This document shows positions 1-10,288 of a DNA stretch of 32,000 bases, in pieces (position 1 is the first letter of the stretch; each line of letters opens with the position of its first letter). A model generated the notes under the pieces. It saw nothing but the letters and a program-made list of their open reading frames with translations, had not been told where the DNA came from and ran no database searches. The position numbers and the translations under genes were made by a program. The DNA lies in the NCBI GenBank assembly GCA_965250005.1, contig OZ252279.1:600001-632000 (forward strand). Reading direction: 5' to 3'. The stretch is from Demequinaceae bacterium. GTDB taxonomy: Bacteria > Actinomycetota > Actinomycetes > Actinomycetales > Demequinaceae.

Positions 1-31
1 GAAGGTAGCGCCCGCAAAATGTGGCGGCGGT

Positions 32-871
32 TTGAGCGCCGCGACGAGGCTAGCGGCCGGGACTTGGGGCCGGCGCCCCGTTAGCTTGTTGCTCACGACG
101 CTCCACACTACTTCGGGGTACTGTTCACGTGTGACAAACGACACGGCTGGGGGGGCCACGCTTACCCAAGTAGTGCCAGCGACTGCCGAAATTGAGCCCG
201 ACCCGTCAGAGACTCAACTGCGGGCTCTCTACCAGCATCGACCCGGAACCATCCGCCTTGGGCTGATTGCGTCCAAGGACGGCAAGGCTGCTGGCCCCGA
301 CGGCTCCTCACGCTCACTCAACGGCGACGCCGACTTGCGGGTGCTGCGCGTTCTTCGCGCCGTCTCCGACGTCGTGGTGGTCGGGGGGAACACGGCACGC
401 AAGGAACGCTACGGCGTGATTAAGCTCTCCGCCGATCTCGCCAAAGCGCGGCGCCTGCTCAATCAGACGCCCGTCCCCGCGCTCGCGATTGTGACGTACA
501 CCGGCCACATCCCTCCGGACGTTGACCCGTCGAACACGTGGATCCTCACGTCAGGCGGCTCCCCGGCCATACGACGGCTGGGTGCACAGTGGACGTCTAG
601 GATCCTGCTCGCAGGCACAGACGTGTTCTCGCCGCGGGGAGCAATCAAGGAACTCGAGAGCCGCGGCCTCAAGCGCATCTTGTGCGAGGGCGGCCCCCGG
701 CTTGCTGTTCGTTTCATGGACCGCGCAGTCATCAACGACTACTGCCTGACCACCAGCCCAGAATCGGGCGGCGAGACCGGTGCCGAGATCCCCCCGGTGC
801 CAGCGGGCTTCAGGCTGGCTCACTCGCTCGTCGCCGGCGACTACAAGATGGAGCGCTGGACCAAGTCTTGA
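32..871 (+). CDS. pyrimidine reductase family protein (RibD C-terminal / DHFR-like domain)
   Basis: Translation carries motifs typical of the RibD_C reductase fold (LRVLRAVSDVVVVGGNTARKERY; RILCEGGPRLAVRFMDRAVINDYCLTTSP). The frame is open to the left window edge and an in-frame GTG at 131 is an alternative start, so the 5' end is uncertain. Confidence 0.75.
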   Translation: MSAATRLAAGTWGRRPVSLLLTTLHTTSGYCSRVTNDTAGGATLTQVVPATAEIEPDPSETQLRALYQHRPGTIRLGLIASKDGKAAGPDGSSRSLNGDADLRVLRVLRAVSDVVVVGGNTARKERYGVIKLSADLAKARRLLNQTPVPALAIVTYTGHIPPDVDPSNTWILTSGGSPAIRRLGAQWTSRILLAGTDVFSPRGAIKELESRGLKRILCEGGPRLAVRFMDRAVINDYCLTTSPESGGETGAEIPPVPAGFRLAHSLVAGDYKMERWTKS

Positions 872-895
872 GTCCCCGGATCTGGGAGGTGCGCG

Positions 896-2116
896 CTACG
901 CGCCATCGGCCGTGGGGCGCGGGTAGTGCTTGAGGTACTTTCGCCAATAGTTGAGCGTCAGCGCGGCGATTGCAGCCGTCCGCTTGGGAGAGCGATCTGC
1001 CGGCGCGAAAAGCGGTCGCGCGATTCCCCTGCGGGCCGCGGCGATCACACGGCTGCGCAATTCGCGATTCAGCAGGTAGCGCGTGAGTAGACGCAAGGGC
1101 ACCACGGAGTAGAGCAGCTCCTTGGTCGCGCGAACAGGATCGCGTCGGTCGCCTGCAACGTCGGCTGCAACAAAATCGGCGACATTTGCGCCGGCGGCCG
1201 TCACGTAATAGTTGTTTCGGCCGATGCGGGGGTTAACCTCGAAAAACACGTGCTCTCCGGTGCGCGCATCCCGCTTGAAGTCCGCGTTTGCGAATCCCCG
1301 GTAGTCGATCCGATTGAGGTACTCAGTCATCGCATTCATCGCGTCCGCATACGGCTCCGTGAGGATGGCCGCAGGGATTCCCAGGGTTCCAGGAGTGTGT
1401 TCCTCCAACAGCACTCGGCCCGTGCACAGCAGCGTCACGTCGCCGTGCGAGTCCCGATACGCCGTGAGGGAGCGCATCTGCGTCTCGTCGCCAGGGATGA
1501 ATTCCTGCAACAGGAACGTGCCCTTGAAACCGGAGCCGCGCAGCCGCGTGAGGAGGTCGTCCACTTCTTCCCTGGTCTCGAGGTGGTGGATCTTCTTCTT
1601 GCCCTCGAACGACGCGTAGTAGTACTCCGCGCTCGACGAGGGCTTGCCGATCACGGGGTACGTCAAGTGCGCAAGTAGCCCGTTGTCATCCCGCCGCTTC
1701 GCCGTTCCGATGTTGACGGCGACGGTCTCCGGAACAGGAATGCCAAGCGCGTCGCAGTCCTCGTGGAACGCTCGCTTGGACGAGACCCGTGCGAACGCCT
1801 CCGCGCCGCACATGGGGATCGCGTAGTGAGCCGAGAGCGCCTTGCGGTTCTTGATAATGGTCTCTACGTACCAGTCGGCGTTGGACAGCAGGATGAGCTG
1901 CTCGCCGGAGTAGTCACGTGCGACATCGACTAGCGCCTCGACCAGCGCGGCTGAGTCGTTAACGTCGGCCGTTCGCACCTCACAGAGCCTGGTGCTAGCG
2001 AACGCTCGCGTGTGGCGCTCGGCGACAACGATGCCGCGCACCCCGAACTGCTCATGGAACGCGCGAATCAGTGCGTACGCACCGATATCGCCGCCGACGA
2101 CAACGGGGACAGGCAC
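896..2116 (-). CDS. ATP-grasp domain protein (predicted carboxylate-amine ligase, substrate unknown)
   Basis: 406-aa ORF with ATP-grasp-like segments (YPVIGKPSSS; LLQEFIPGDE; FFEVNPRIGRNNYY). Its start lies 3 nt downstream of the gnd stop, implying co-transcription. Confidence 0.8.
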   Translation of the reverse strand: MPVPVVVGGDIGAYALIRAFHEQFGVRGIVVAERHTRAFASTRLCEVRTADVNDSAALVEALVDVARDYSGEQLILLSNADWYVETIIKNRKALSAHYAIPMCGAEAFARVSSKRAFHEDCDALGIPVPETVAVNIGTAKRRDDNGLLAHLTYPVIGKPSSSAEYYYASFEGKKKIHHLETREEVDDLLTRLRGSGFKGTFLLQEFIPGDETQMRSLTAYRDSHGDVTLLCTGRVLLEEHTPGTLGIPAAILTEPYADAMNAMTEYLNRIDYRGFANADFKRDARTGEHVFFEVNPRIGRNNYYVTAAGANVADFVAADVAGDRRDPVRATKELLYSVVPLRLLTRYLLNRELRSRVIAAARRGIARPLFAPADRSPKRTAAIAALTLNYWRKYLKHYPRPTADGA

Positions 2117-2119
2117 GGA

Positions 2120-3553
2120 CTAGGCCTCCACCTCGGTGCGGTCGCCACCCCAGAGCGTATGGAACGAGCCCTCGGCGTCCGTGCGGCGATACGTGTGTGC
2201 ACCAAAGAAGTCACGCTGCGCCTGAATAAGGGCGGCGGGGAGCCGGTCGGCGCGCAGCGAATCGTAGTAAGACAGCGACGAACCGAACGCGGGGACCGGG
2301 ATTCCCGCGAGCGCCGCCTGGGACACCACCCGTCGCCATGCGGAAACGCTCGTGGCGACCTCCTCTGCGAAGTACGGGTCCACAAGCAGAGCGGGAAGCT
2401 CCGGGTTGCGCTCGTACGCCTCGGTGATGCGGTTGAGGAAGCGAGCCCGAATGATGCAACCGCCGCGCCAGATTTTGGCCATCGAGCCGCGATTGATGCC
2501 CCAATTGAACTCATCGGATGCAGCCTGGATCTGGTCGAAGCCCTGCGAGTACGCGACAACTTTTGAGGCGTACAGCGCGAGGCGAACGTCTTCGATGAAG
2601 CCGTCGCGGTCGTTGATGAGGAAGTCGCCGGCGTTGCCTTCGAGCACGTCCTGTGCCGCGACGCGTTGGGCCGTTTGCGAGGAGATGGCTCGGGCAAAGG
2701 TGGCCTCGGCGATTCCCGTGACGGGTGCGCCAAGGTCGAGCGCCGAGATGACGGTCCAGCGGCCCGTGCCCTTCTGCCCCGCTTCGTCGACGATGACGTC
2801 GACGAGCGGCTTCCCCGTCTTCGCGTCAACCTGCGCGAGCACCTCGGCGGTGATCTCGATCAGGAACGACTCAAGGTCGCCTTCATTCCACTTAGCGAAG
2901 ATCTCAGCGATCTCCTTGGGCTCGATGTCGAGCCCTTCACGAAGCAGGTGGTACGCCTCGCCGATGAGCTGCATATCTGCGTATTCGATGCCGTTGTGGA
3001 CCATTTTGACGAAGTGGCCTGCGCCGCCGGGGCCCACGTGCACGCAGCACGGCTCGCCATCGACTTTCGCGGAGATTTTCTCCAGAATCGGGCCGAGCGT
3101 CTTGTACGACTCGGCCGGCCCGCCGGGCATGATCGAAGGGCCTAGCAGGGCGCCCTCTTCACCGCCAGAGACGCCGGTACCCACAAAGTGGAGGCCCTTG
3201 GCGGCGAGCGCGGATTCACGGCGTACCGTGTCGGGGTAGTGCGCGTTGCCCGCGTCGACAATGATGTCGCCCTTCTCGAGCAGCTCTGTGAGCGCGTCGA
3301 TCACGGAGTCCGTCGAGTCGCCCGCTTGGACCATGATCACGACGGTGCGCGGAACCGACAGCGAGGCCACGAAGTCATCAAGACTCTCGGAGCCGATGAA
3401 TTCGCCTTCGTCGCCGTGATCGGCGATGAGCGAATGCATCTTCTGCCCGGAGCGGTTGTGGACTGCGACCGTGAACCCATTGCGTGCAAAATTACGCGCA
3501 AGATTGCGTCCCATTACCGCTAGTCCAGTAACACCAATATCAGCGAGCGCCAT
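2120..3553 (-). CDS. gnd: 6-phosphogluconate dehydrogenase, decarboxylating
   Basis: 477 aa. N-terminal NADP Rossmann motif (IGVTGLAVMGRNLARNFARNG) and full-length resemblance to Gnd (HFVGTGVSGGEEGA; GAGHFVKMVHNGIEYADMQLI). Confidence 0.95.
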   Translation of the reverse strand: MALADIGVTGLAVMGRNLARNFARNGFTVAVHNRSGQKMHSLIADHGDEGEFIGSESLDDFVASLSVPRTVVIMVQAGDSTDSVIDALTELLEKGDIIVDAGNAHYPDTVRRESALAAKGLHFVGTGVSGGEEGALLGPSIMPGGPAESYKTLGPILEKISAKVDGEPCCVHVGPGGAGHFVKMVHNGIEYADMQLIGEAYHLLREGLDIEPKEIAEIFAKWNEGDLESFLIEITAEVLAQVDAKTGKPLVDVIVDEAGQKGTGRWTVISALDLGAPVTGIAEATFARAISSQTAQRVAAQDVLEGNAGDFLINDRDGFIEDVRLALYASKVVAYSQGFDQIQAASDEFNWGINRGSMAKIWRGGCIIRARFLNRITEAYERNPELPALLVDPYFAEEVATSVSAWRRVVSQAALAGIPVPAFGSSLSYYDSLRADRLPAALIQAQRDFFGAHTYRRTDAEGSFHTLWGGDRTEVEA

Positions 3554-3652
3554 GGCTATTCCTTCACATCGTCGTTACCCGGAACAGCCTAGAGGGTTAA
3601 GCCCGGCGTGGCGTACCTAGCGGCCGTCAGCCGTCGCCCGTAGTCTCGGGAG

Positions 3653-4216
3653 GTGAGCAACGACATTTCCACCGCGCCGAGGGACTTTCAGGAGGTGCTG
3701 CGCAGCCTCAAGGGTGCCCGCGTCCGGGGAGAGGTTGCCCTCGCCGAAGCTCCCGCGCCCAGCCGCATCGCCCCGTTCGCGGTCGCGGTTAACGGAGAAA
3801 TCGACGTTGACGGCGAGCTCGGGGCCTCTGGTCGCTTCCTCGTCCTCCACGACCCGGCGGGCCAGGACGCCTGGGGCGGCACGTTGCGCGTGATCGCTCT
3901 GGTCAAGGCCGAGATTGAGCGCGAAGTTGGCGCGGACGAAATGTGGGCGCAGGTCGCGTGGTCGTGGATCAACGAATCGCTCGCCGACCTTACCCATTCG
4001 GCGCTAGGCGGAACAGTAACGAAGGTCACCAACGAGTCCTTCGGCGACTTGGAGAACACAGCCTCAGAGGTGCGCATCGAGATGCGGATTTCATGGACAC
4101 CGGAAAAACCCGACATGGCCCCCCACATCAAAGCGTGGGCAAATCTGCTCGCGACCTGTGCGGGCGTGCCTCCGCTACCAGAAGGCGTGACAATGCTGCG
4201 AGGAAAAACTGCGTGA
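3653..4216 (+). CDS. DUF3000 domain-containing protein
   Basis: 187-aa ORF immediately upstream of and overlapping rnd (GTGA overlap), the position occupied by the DUF3000 protein (Rv2680-like) in actinobacteria. GTG start at 3653 with GGGAGG just upstream. Confidence 0.8.
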   Translation: MSNDISTAPRDFQEVLRSLKGARVRGEVALAEAPAPSRIAPFAVAVNGEIDVDGELGASGRFLVLHDPAGQDAWGGTLRVIALVKAEIEREVGADEMWAQVAWSWINESLADLTHSALGGTVTKVTNESFGDLENTASEVRIEMRISWTPEKPDMAPHIKAWANLLATCAGVPPLPEGVTMLRGKTA

Positions 4217-5547
4217 CCGCAACTCCCGAAGACGCCATTGCTCAATCAACACCGCAGGGCTCGAGCGCTCAAGCGGTGGCCACAGAACCCGAACTCGAGT
4301 TGCTGGCGGGCCCCGCTGGCGGCGTTCCAAACCTGATTGACACACCCGCAGCGCTCGCCGCAGCCGTCGAACGCTTCGCTGCCGGGACCGGACCTGTCGC
4401 GGTGGACGCCGAGCGGGCCTCTGGGTTCCGATACGGGCAGAAGACCTACCTCGCGCAATTCAAGCGCGCGGGCGCCGGGATCGCATTGATTGACACGGGC
4501 GCGCTCGACGATCTGTCTGCGCTGTCGGACGCGTTCGGCGACGCTGAGTGGGTGTTCCACGCTGCGAGTCAAGACCTGCCCGGCATGCGGGACCTCAAGA
4601 TGAAGCCCACGACAATCTTCGATACTGAGCTCGCCGCGCGCCTGCTCGGGTGGCCTAAGGTCGGCCTCGCATCCGTCGTCGAACGCGAGTTGGGCGTGCG
4701 CCTTGCCAAAGAGCACTCGGCCCAGGACTGGTCGGAGCGCCCGCTGCCCGCCAGCTGGCTCAACTACGCCGCGCTCGACGTTGAGGTCCTGCTCGAACTG
4801 CGCGAGTCCGTAGGCGCACATCTTGAGAAAGCCGGCAAGACGGAGTGGGCTCGGCAGGAGTTCGCCGGCGTGCTTGACGCTACACCTCCCCTGTCCAAGG
4901 TTGACCCGTGGCGCAAGGTCTCCGGTACCCACAAGATCCGCGACCCTCGCGGCCTCGCCATCGTCCGTGAACTCTGGCTCGCTCGCGACGCGCACGGTCA
5001 GTCGCGCGACATCGCCCCCGGACGGGTACTGCGGAATGCCGCGATTATCGCCGCCGCGAACGCCCAACCCAAGGATTACAACGCGCTTGTCGCCATTCGC
5101 GAATGGCAATCACGCGGGACCAAGCGGCGCGCGCCGCAGTGGTACAAGGCGATCGAGAAGGCGATGACGCTACCGGACGAAGACCTGCCCTCGCGCCGCG
5201 GTCCCGCGCTCGACGGCCCACCACAGCCGCGCACGTGGATGGACAAGCGGCCGGAGGCCGCGGTGCGGCTAGTCGCCGCGCGCAAGGTGATCGAGAAGAT
5301 GTCAGCAAAGCACAGCGTCCCCGCCGAAAACTTGCTCCAGCCGGATGCGCTCCGAAGGCTTTGCTGGGACTATCCCGGCGCGGGCGAACACGCCGTGCGT
5401 GAGTTCCTTGAGGATCGCCATGCGCGCGCATGGCAAATCGACTTGCTCGTGCCTGCATTAGTCCCAGCAATTGCCCTGGCAGAAGAAGAGGCCGCGGCTC
5501 TGGCAGACGCTGACTCCGCTGACTCCGCTGACTCCGCTACCGAGTAG
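4213..5547 (+). CDS. rnd: ribonuclease D-like 3'-5' exonuclease with HRDC domain
   Basis: DEDD exonuclease region (VAVDAERASGFRYGQKTYLAQF; HAASQDLPGM; YAALDVEVLLEL). The ORF-track start at 3943 overlaps DUF3000 by 270 nt. The in-frame GTG at 4213 forms a 4-nt GTGA overlap with the upstream stop and is the likely start. Confidence 0.85.
   Translation: MTATPEDAIAQSTPQGSSAQAVATEPELELLAGPAGGVPNLIDTPAALAAAVERFAAGTGPVAVDAERASGFRYGQKTYLAQFKRAGAGIALIDTGALDDLSALSDAFGDAEWVFHAASQDLPGMRDLKMKPTTIFDTELAARLLGWPKVGLASVVERELGVRLAKEHSAQDWSERPLPASWLNYAALDVEVLLELRESVGAHLEKAGKTEWARQEFAGVLDATPPLSKVDPWRKVSGTHKIRDPRGLAIVRELWLARDAHGQSRDIAPGRVLRNAAIIAAANAQPKDYNALVAIREWQSRGTKRRAPQWYKAIEKAMTLPDEDLPSRRGPALDGPPQPRTWMDKRPEAAVRLVAARKVIEKMSAKHSVPAENLLQPDALRRLCWDYPGAGEHAVREFLEDRHARAWQIDLLVPALVPAIALAEEEAAALADADSADSADSATE
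5509..5538 (+). repeat. in-frame 9-bp tandem repeat GCTGACTCC x3 (+GCT) encoding (ADS)3 at the rnd C-terminus
   Basis: Read directly: gctgactcc gctgactcc gctgactcc gct, 9 nt before the rnd stop. Confidence 0.9.
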
Positions 5548-5582
5548 CCAGGAGCCCCCGGACTGGCGCGAACGGCTGCGTA

Positions 5583-7460
5583 CTATGCTCCCAGTTTGGC
5601 GAGCGCCGCGCCCGCAATGGTCGCGGGTTCGAGCCCAATATGCTCGACCACCTGCGCGCGCGAGGCATGCTCGATAAACTCACGCGGAATGCCGCAGTGG
5701 ACCCACTCAGACCGGATACCCGCGCGCCTCGCAGACTCCGCCCATGCCTCGCCAATTCCGCCGTCGATCAATCCATCCTCGATGGTAACGACCACATCGG
5801 CGCCCTCAATCGTCTTCAGCAGACCTTCGGGAACGGGCAGAACCCAGGTGGCGCTGGCCGCGAGCGTGTCGATTCCCTCTGCTGCGATCTTTCCCGCGAC
5901 ATCGACGGCCGTTTGAGCCATTGCGCCCATGCCCAGTACCGCAACCTTGGGATCCTTGCCATGAGCCGCGAGTAGGTCCATTCCTCCGCGCGACGCGGGC
6001 TTGCCGCGGATGCCGAACGCGGGCAGCGGTTCGCTGAGCTCTCCCTTGGGGTATCGGACGACGGAAGGGCCGTCGCTAATCTCGATGGACTCGCGGAATG
6101 CTCGACGCAGTTCCGCCTCGTCGCGCGGCGCGGCCAAGCGGATCCCCGGCACGGACCGCAGTAGCGCGAGGTCCCACATTCCGTTGTGGCTGGGGCCATC
6201 GTCGCCGGTGACGCCCGCGCGGTCGAGCATGAACGTTACGCCTGCCTTGTGAAGCGCGACGTCCATCAGGAGCTGGTCAAACGCGCGGTTAAGGAACGTC
6301 GCGTAGACGGCAAACACGGGATGCATTCCGGCGAACGCGAGCCCAGCGGCGGCGGTGACGGCGTGCTGTTCCGCAATACCCACGTCGATGACGCGCTCGG
6401 GAAACTCCGCCTGGAACGGCGCCAGGCCGACGGGCGCGAGCATGGCCGCTGTGATGGCGACCAGGTCTTCGCGTTCGCGTCCGGCCTTGACCATCTCTTC
6501 GGAGAACACTGCGGTCCACCCGAATCGTGACGGCTCGATGGGAAGCCCGGTTTCGGGGTGGATCTTGCCGACCGCGTGAAACTTGTCTTCGTCGTGCGTT
6601 TCCGCGGGCTGGTAACCTCGGCCCTTGTCCGTGACGAGGTGAACGATCACGGGGCCGCCGAAGTCTCTGGCGTGTTCAAATGCGTGCTCGATCTGGTGCA
6701 GGTTGTGCCCGTCAACGGGGCCAACATACTTGAGGCCGAGGTCCTCGAACATACCCTGCGGCGCAAGCAAGTCCTTCACGCCGTGCTTGGCCCGCTTGAT
6801 GAGATTGAACGTCCCGCGCGCGACGCGCCCGTGTGACGTGAGCGTGCGCTTTCCCCACCCAAGCATCGCCTCGTAGCGAGGGTCGGTGCGCATGCCATCG
6901 AACTTGCGGGCGAGCCCGCCGATGGTTGGCGCATACGAACGACCGTTGTCGTTGACGACAATGACCACTCGGTCGTTGCAGTCCGCGAGGGAATTGAGGG
7001 CTTCCCACGCCATGCCGCCGGTGAGCGCGCCGTCACCGATGACAGCAACCACCGTGCGGTCGGTGCGACCCGCGATAGTGTTTGCCCGGCCGATGCCCGC
7101 CGCCCAGGACAAGGCCGTGGACGCGTGCGAGTTCTCAACGATGTCGTGCTCGGACTCCGCGCGACTCGGGTACCCCGCCACTCCCCCGCGCTTGCGAAGG
7201 TCGGAGAAATCTCGCCTGCCGGTCAGCAACTTGTGCACGTACGACTGGTGCCCGGTGTCGAACACGATCGAGTCGCGCGGCGAGTCGAACACTCTGTGCA
7301 GCCCAATAGTGAGTTCGACCACTCCGAGGTTGGGGCCCAGGTGTCCACCCGTCTTGGACACCGATTCCACCAGGTACGCGCGGATATCCGCGGCGAGCTC
7401 ACCAAGTTGGGCGTAACTGAGATCGCCCAGATCGTCGGGTGACTCGATGGACTCCAGCAC
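5583..7460 (-). CDS. dxs: 1-deoxy-D-xylulose-5-phosphate synthase
   Basis: 625 aa. Dxs-type N-terminus (GGHLGPNLGVVELTIGLHRVFDSPRD), the ThDP motif GDGALTGGMAWEALN and the transketolase-like C-terminus. GTG start with GAGGAGG 11 nt upstream. Confidence 0.95.
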   Translation of the reverse strand: MLESIESPDDLGDLSYAQLGELAADIRAYLVESVSKTGGHLGPNLGVVELTIGLHRVFDSPRDSIVFDTGHQSYVHKLLTGRRDFSDLRKRGGVAGYPSRAESEHDIVENSHASTALSWAAGIGRANTIAGRTDRTVVAVIGDGALTGGMAWEALNSLADCNDRVVIVVNDNGRSYAPTIGGLARKFDGMRTDPRYEAMLGWGKRTLTSHGRVARGTFNLIKRAKHGVKDLLAPQGMFEDLGLKYVGPVDGHNLHQIEHAFEHARDFGGPVIVHLVTDKGRGYQPAETHDEDKFHAVGKIHPETGLPIEPSRFGWTAVFSEEMVKAGREREDLVAITAAMLAPVGLAPFQAEFPERVIDVGIAEQHAVTAAAGLAFAGMHPVFAVYATFLNRAFDQLLMDVALHKAGVTFMLDRAGVTGDDGPSHNGMWDLALLRSVPGIRLAAPRDEAELRRAFRESIEISDGPSVVRYPKGELSEPLPAFGIRGKPASRGGMDLLAAHGKDPKVAVLGMGAMAQTAVDVAGKIAAEGIDTLAASATWVLPVPEGLLKTIEGADVVVTIEDGLIDGGIGEAWAESARRAGIRSEWVHCGIPREFIEHASRAQVVEHIGLEPATIAGAALAKLGA

Positions 7461-7549
7461 CGCGGATGGCCTCCTCAGGACGTCGTGGTTTTCACTCTAC
7501 GGCGCAACGCACATGCGGCGCGCCAGGTTCCTTCGGACGTGCGGGGCCC

Positions 7550-10264
7550 CTACGCGGAGGCGAGCGAACGCAACACGTAGTGGAGAATGCCGCCGTGCCG
7601 GAAGTAGTCGGCCTCGCCCGGCGTATCGATACGGACCACGCCCTCGAAGGCCACCTCGGTTCCGTCGGCTTTGGTGGCGACTACCGGCAGTTCGCGCGGG
7701 TGACCCCCATAGCTAAACGCCGTCACGCCCGAAATCGAGAACGTCTCCGTACCGTCGAGGCCGAGCGAAGCCGCGGATTTGCCCGCAGGGAACTGCAACG
7801 GCAGCACCCCCATTCCTATGAGGTTACTGCGGTGGATGCGCTCGAAGCTCTCAGTAATGACCGCCCGCACGCCAAGCAGTCTGGTCCCCTTGGCAGCCCA
7901 GTCGCGCGAGGACCCGGTGCCGTACTCCTTGCCCGCGAGGACCACGAGTGGAACACCTGCGGCCGCGTAGTCTTGCGCAGCGTCGTAGATGGCCGCCTGC
8001 TCACTCGAGAGGTGGTTGAGGGTGAAGCCGCCCTCGACGCCAGCACCATCGTTCGCGTCCGCGAGAAGCAAGTTACGCAGCCGAATGTTCGCGAATGTTC
8101 CGCGAATCATGACTTCGTGATTGCCGCGGCGCGAGCCATACGAGTTGAAGTCCTTACGCTCGACGCCGTGTTCCGTGAGGTACGTGCCTGCGGGGCTGTC
8201 GGGCTTGATCGCGCCTGCGGGCGAGATGTGGTCGGTGGTGACCGAGTCTCCAAGCAGCGCCAGCACGCGCGCGCCCACGATGTCCGTGACGGGGGCGGGC
8301 TGCGCGGTCATTCCCTCGAAGTACGGTGGCTTGCGCACGTAGGTGCTCTCGCTGTCCCACTCGAACGTGTTGCCGGAAGGAGTAGGCAGGCTGCGCCACG
8401 CGTCGTCGCCTGTGAAGACGTCGGCGTAGTCCTTAACAAACATGTGGCGGTCGATCGAGCTCGACACGATGGACTCGACTTCGTCAGCCGCGGGCCAGAT
8501 GTCGCGGAGGAACACGTCGCTGCCGTCGCCATCCTGTCCGAGTGCTTCCGTCTCGAAGTCGTGGTTCATGGTTCCAGCGAGCGCGTATGCGATCACGAGT
8601 GGCGGCGACGCGAGATAGTTCATCTTCACGTCGGGGTTGATGCGCCCTTCGAAGTTGCGGTTGCCCGAGAGGACGGACACCACAGTGAGGTCGTGCTCGT
8701 TCACGGCGTCGCTGACGGGCGCGGGCAGCGGGCCGGAGTTTCCGATGCACGTGGTGCATCCGTAGCCCACCAGGTGGTAGCCCAGGTGCTCGAGGTCAGG
8801 CCACAGCCCTGCCTTTTCGTAGTAGTCGGTGACCACCTTCGATCCCGGCGCCATCGACGTCTTGACCCACGGCTTGACCTGCAGGCCCTTGGAGCGGGCG
8901 TTGCGCGCAAGCAGAGCGGCCGCGAGCATCACGGACGGGTTGGAGGTGTTGGTACAGGACGTGATCGACGCGATCACGACGTCACCGTCGTTGAGCTCGA
9001 CTTCAGCGCCGTGCTCGTCCGTGTAAGTAGCAGCGCGGGCGTCGCCCTTGCGGTAGTTCGAGATGTCCTTGCCGAACTGCGGCTTCGCTTCGGTGAGCTC
9101 GATCCGGTCCTGCGGCCGCTTGGGGCCGGCGATGGACGGCACGACGGTGCCCAGGTCCAGCTCGAGATACTCCGAGAACACGGGCTCCACATAGTCAGCG
9201 GACGACGGGTCGTGCCACAGGCCCTGCTCCTTCGCGTATGCCTCAACCAGCGCCACCTCGTCGTCGCCGCGCCCGGTGAGGCGCAGGTAGCCGGTCGTGA
9301 CGTCGTCGATGGGAAACATCGCCGCGGTGGAGCCGAACTCGGGCGACATGTTGCCGATGGTCGCGCGGTTCGCGAGCGGCACGGCGCCAACGCCGTCCCC
9401 GTAGAACTCCACAAACTTGCCGACTACTCCGTGTGCGCGCAGTTGCTGCGTGATGGTCAGCACCACATCGGTCGCTGTCGCGCCTGCGGGGATTGCGCCC
9501 GTGAGCTTGAAGCCCACCACGCGCGGGATGAGCATGGACACGGGCTGGCCGAGCATCGCGGCCTCAGCCTCAATGCCGCCCACTCCCCAGCCGAGTACGC
9601 CCAGGCCGTTGATCATCGTCGTATGCGAGTCAGTGCCGACGCACGAGTCGGGGTAGGCCTGCACCGTGGTCGTGCCGTCTGCCCCGGCCACCGTGTGGGT
9701 CATGACGCCCCGCGCCAGATACTCGAGGTTCACCTGGTGGACGATTCCGGTTCCCGGCGGCACCACCTGGAAGTTGTCGAACGCGCCCTGGCCCCAGCGC
9801 AAGAACTGATAGCGCTCGCGGTTGCGCTCGTACTCGAGGGCCGTGTTGATTTTTAGCGCGTCCTTGCGGCCAAACACGTCAATGACGACGGAGTGGTCGA
9901 TGACCATCTCAGCGGGGGCGAGCGGGTTGATCACGCTCGGGTCTCCGCCCAGCGCCGCGACGGCTTCGCGCATCGTGGCCAGGTCAACGATGCACGGTAC
10001 GCCCGTGAAATCCTGCATGACCACGCGCGCGGGCGTGAACTGGATTTCGGTGTCGGGCTGGGACGCTGGGTCCCACGCTGCGAGAGCGCGGACGTGGTCC
10101 GCCGTGATGTTCGTTCCGTCTTCGGTGCGCAGCAGCGCCTCCGCGAGGATCTTGAGGCTGTACGGGAGCTTCTGGAGCCCATCGACCGCTGCAAGGCGGT
10201 AGATCTCGTAATTATTGCTGCCGACGGTTAGGGAGCCCTTGGCTCCCAGCGAATCCACACTCAT
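7550..10264 (-). CDS. acnA: aconitate hydratase A
   Basis: 904 aa with aconitase family hallmarks ([13 protein letters not shown]; [13 protein letters not shown]; [11 protein letters not shown]; [12 protein letters not shown]). ATG start preceded by GGAGG. Confidence 0.95.
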   Translation of the reverse strand: MSVDSLGAKGSLTVGSNNYEIYRLAAVDGLQKLPYSLKILAEALLRTEDGTNITADHVRALAAWDPASQPDTEIQFTPARVVMQDFTGVPCIVDLATMREAVAALGGDPSVINPLAPAEMVIDHSVVIDVFGRKDALKINTALEYERNRERYQFLRWGQGAFDNFQVVPPGTGIVHQVNLEYLARGVMTHTVAGADGTTTVQAYPDSCVGTDSHTTMINGLGVLGWGVGGIEAEAAMLGQPVSMLIPRVVGFKLTGAIPAGATATDVVLTITQQLRAHGVVGKFVEFYGDGVGAVPLANRATIGNMSPEFGSTAAMFPIDDVTTGYLRLTGRGDDEVALVEAYAKEQGLWHDPSSADYVEPVFSEYLELDLGTVVPSIAGPKRPQDRIELTEAKPQFGKDISNYRKGDARAATYTDEHGAEVELNDGDVVIASITSCTNTSNPSVMLAAALLARNARSKGLQVKPWVKTSMAPGSKVVTDYYEKAGLWPDLEHLGYHLVGYGCTTCIGNSGPLPAPVSDAVNEHDLTVVSVLSGNRNFEGRINPDVKMNYLASPPLVIAYALAGTMNHDFETEALGQDGDGSDVFLRDIWPAADEVESIVSSSIDRHMFVKDYADVFTGDDAWRSLPTPSGNTFEWDSESTYVRKPPYFEGMTAQPAPVTDIVGARVLALLGDSVTTDHISPAGAIKPDSPAGTYLTEHGVERKDFNSYGSRRGNHEVMIRGTFANIRLRNLLLADANDGAGVEGGFTLNHLSSEQAAIYDAAQDYAAAGVPLVVLAGKEYGTGSSRDWAAKGTRLLGVRAVITESFERIHRSNLIGMGVLPLQFPAGKSAASLGLDGTETFSISGVTAFSYGGHPRELPVVATKADGTEVAFEGVVRIDTPGEADYFRHGGILHYVLRSLASA

Positions 10265-10268
10265 GTAA

Positions 10269-10288
10269 GGCCTCCGAAAGATGAGGCC
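10269..10288 (-). promoter_or_regulatory. stem-loop in the acn leader that base-pairs the Shine-Dalgarno sequence
   Basis: Minus-strand RNA reads GGCCUC-AUCUUUCG-GAGGCC-UUAC-AUG. It has a 6-bp GC-rich stem, and 4 of the 5 SD nucleotides (GGAGG) lie in the 3' arm. It sits 37 nt downstream of the methyltransferase stop. Confidence 0.3.

Noticed and set aside
3943-4212. N-terminal 90-codon extension of the rnd ORF
   Set aside because: It overlaps the DUF3000 CDS in another frame. The in-frame GTG at 4213 gives a classic GTGA start/stop overlap, and the exonuclease homology begins after it.
7439-9856. 805-aa ORF on the + strand
   Set aside because: It is entirely antisense to the unmistakable aconitase gene. 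The product is Arg/Val/Gly/His-rich with no recognisable domain. Long stop-free antisense frames are expected at ~65% GC with strong GC3 bias.
10269-10288. Iron-responsive-element-like stem-loop upstream of aconitase
   Set aside because: The loop is AUCUUUCG, not CAGUGN, and there is no bulged C. Only the generic SD-occluding hairpin observation is kept.
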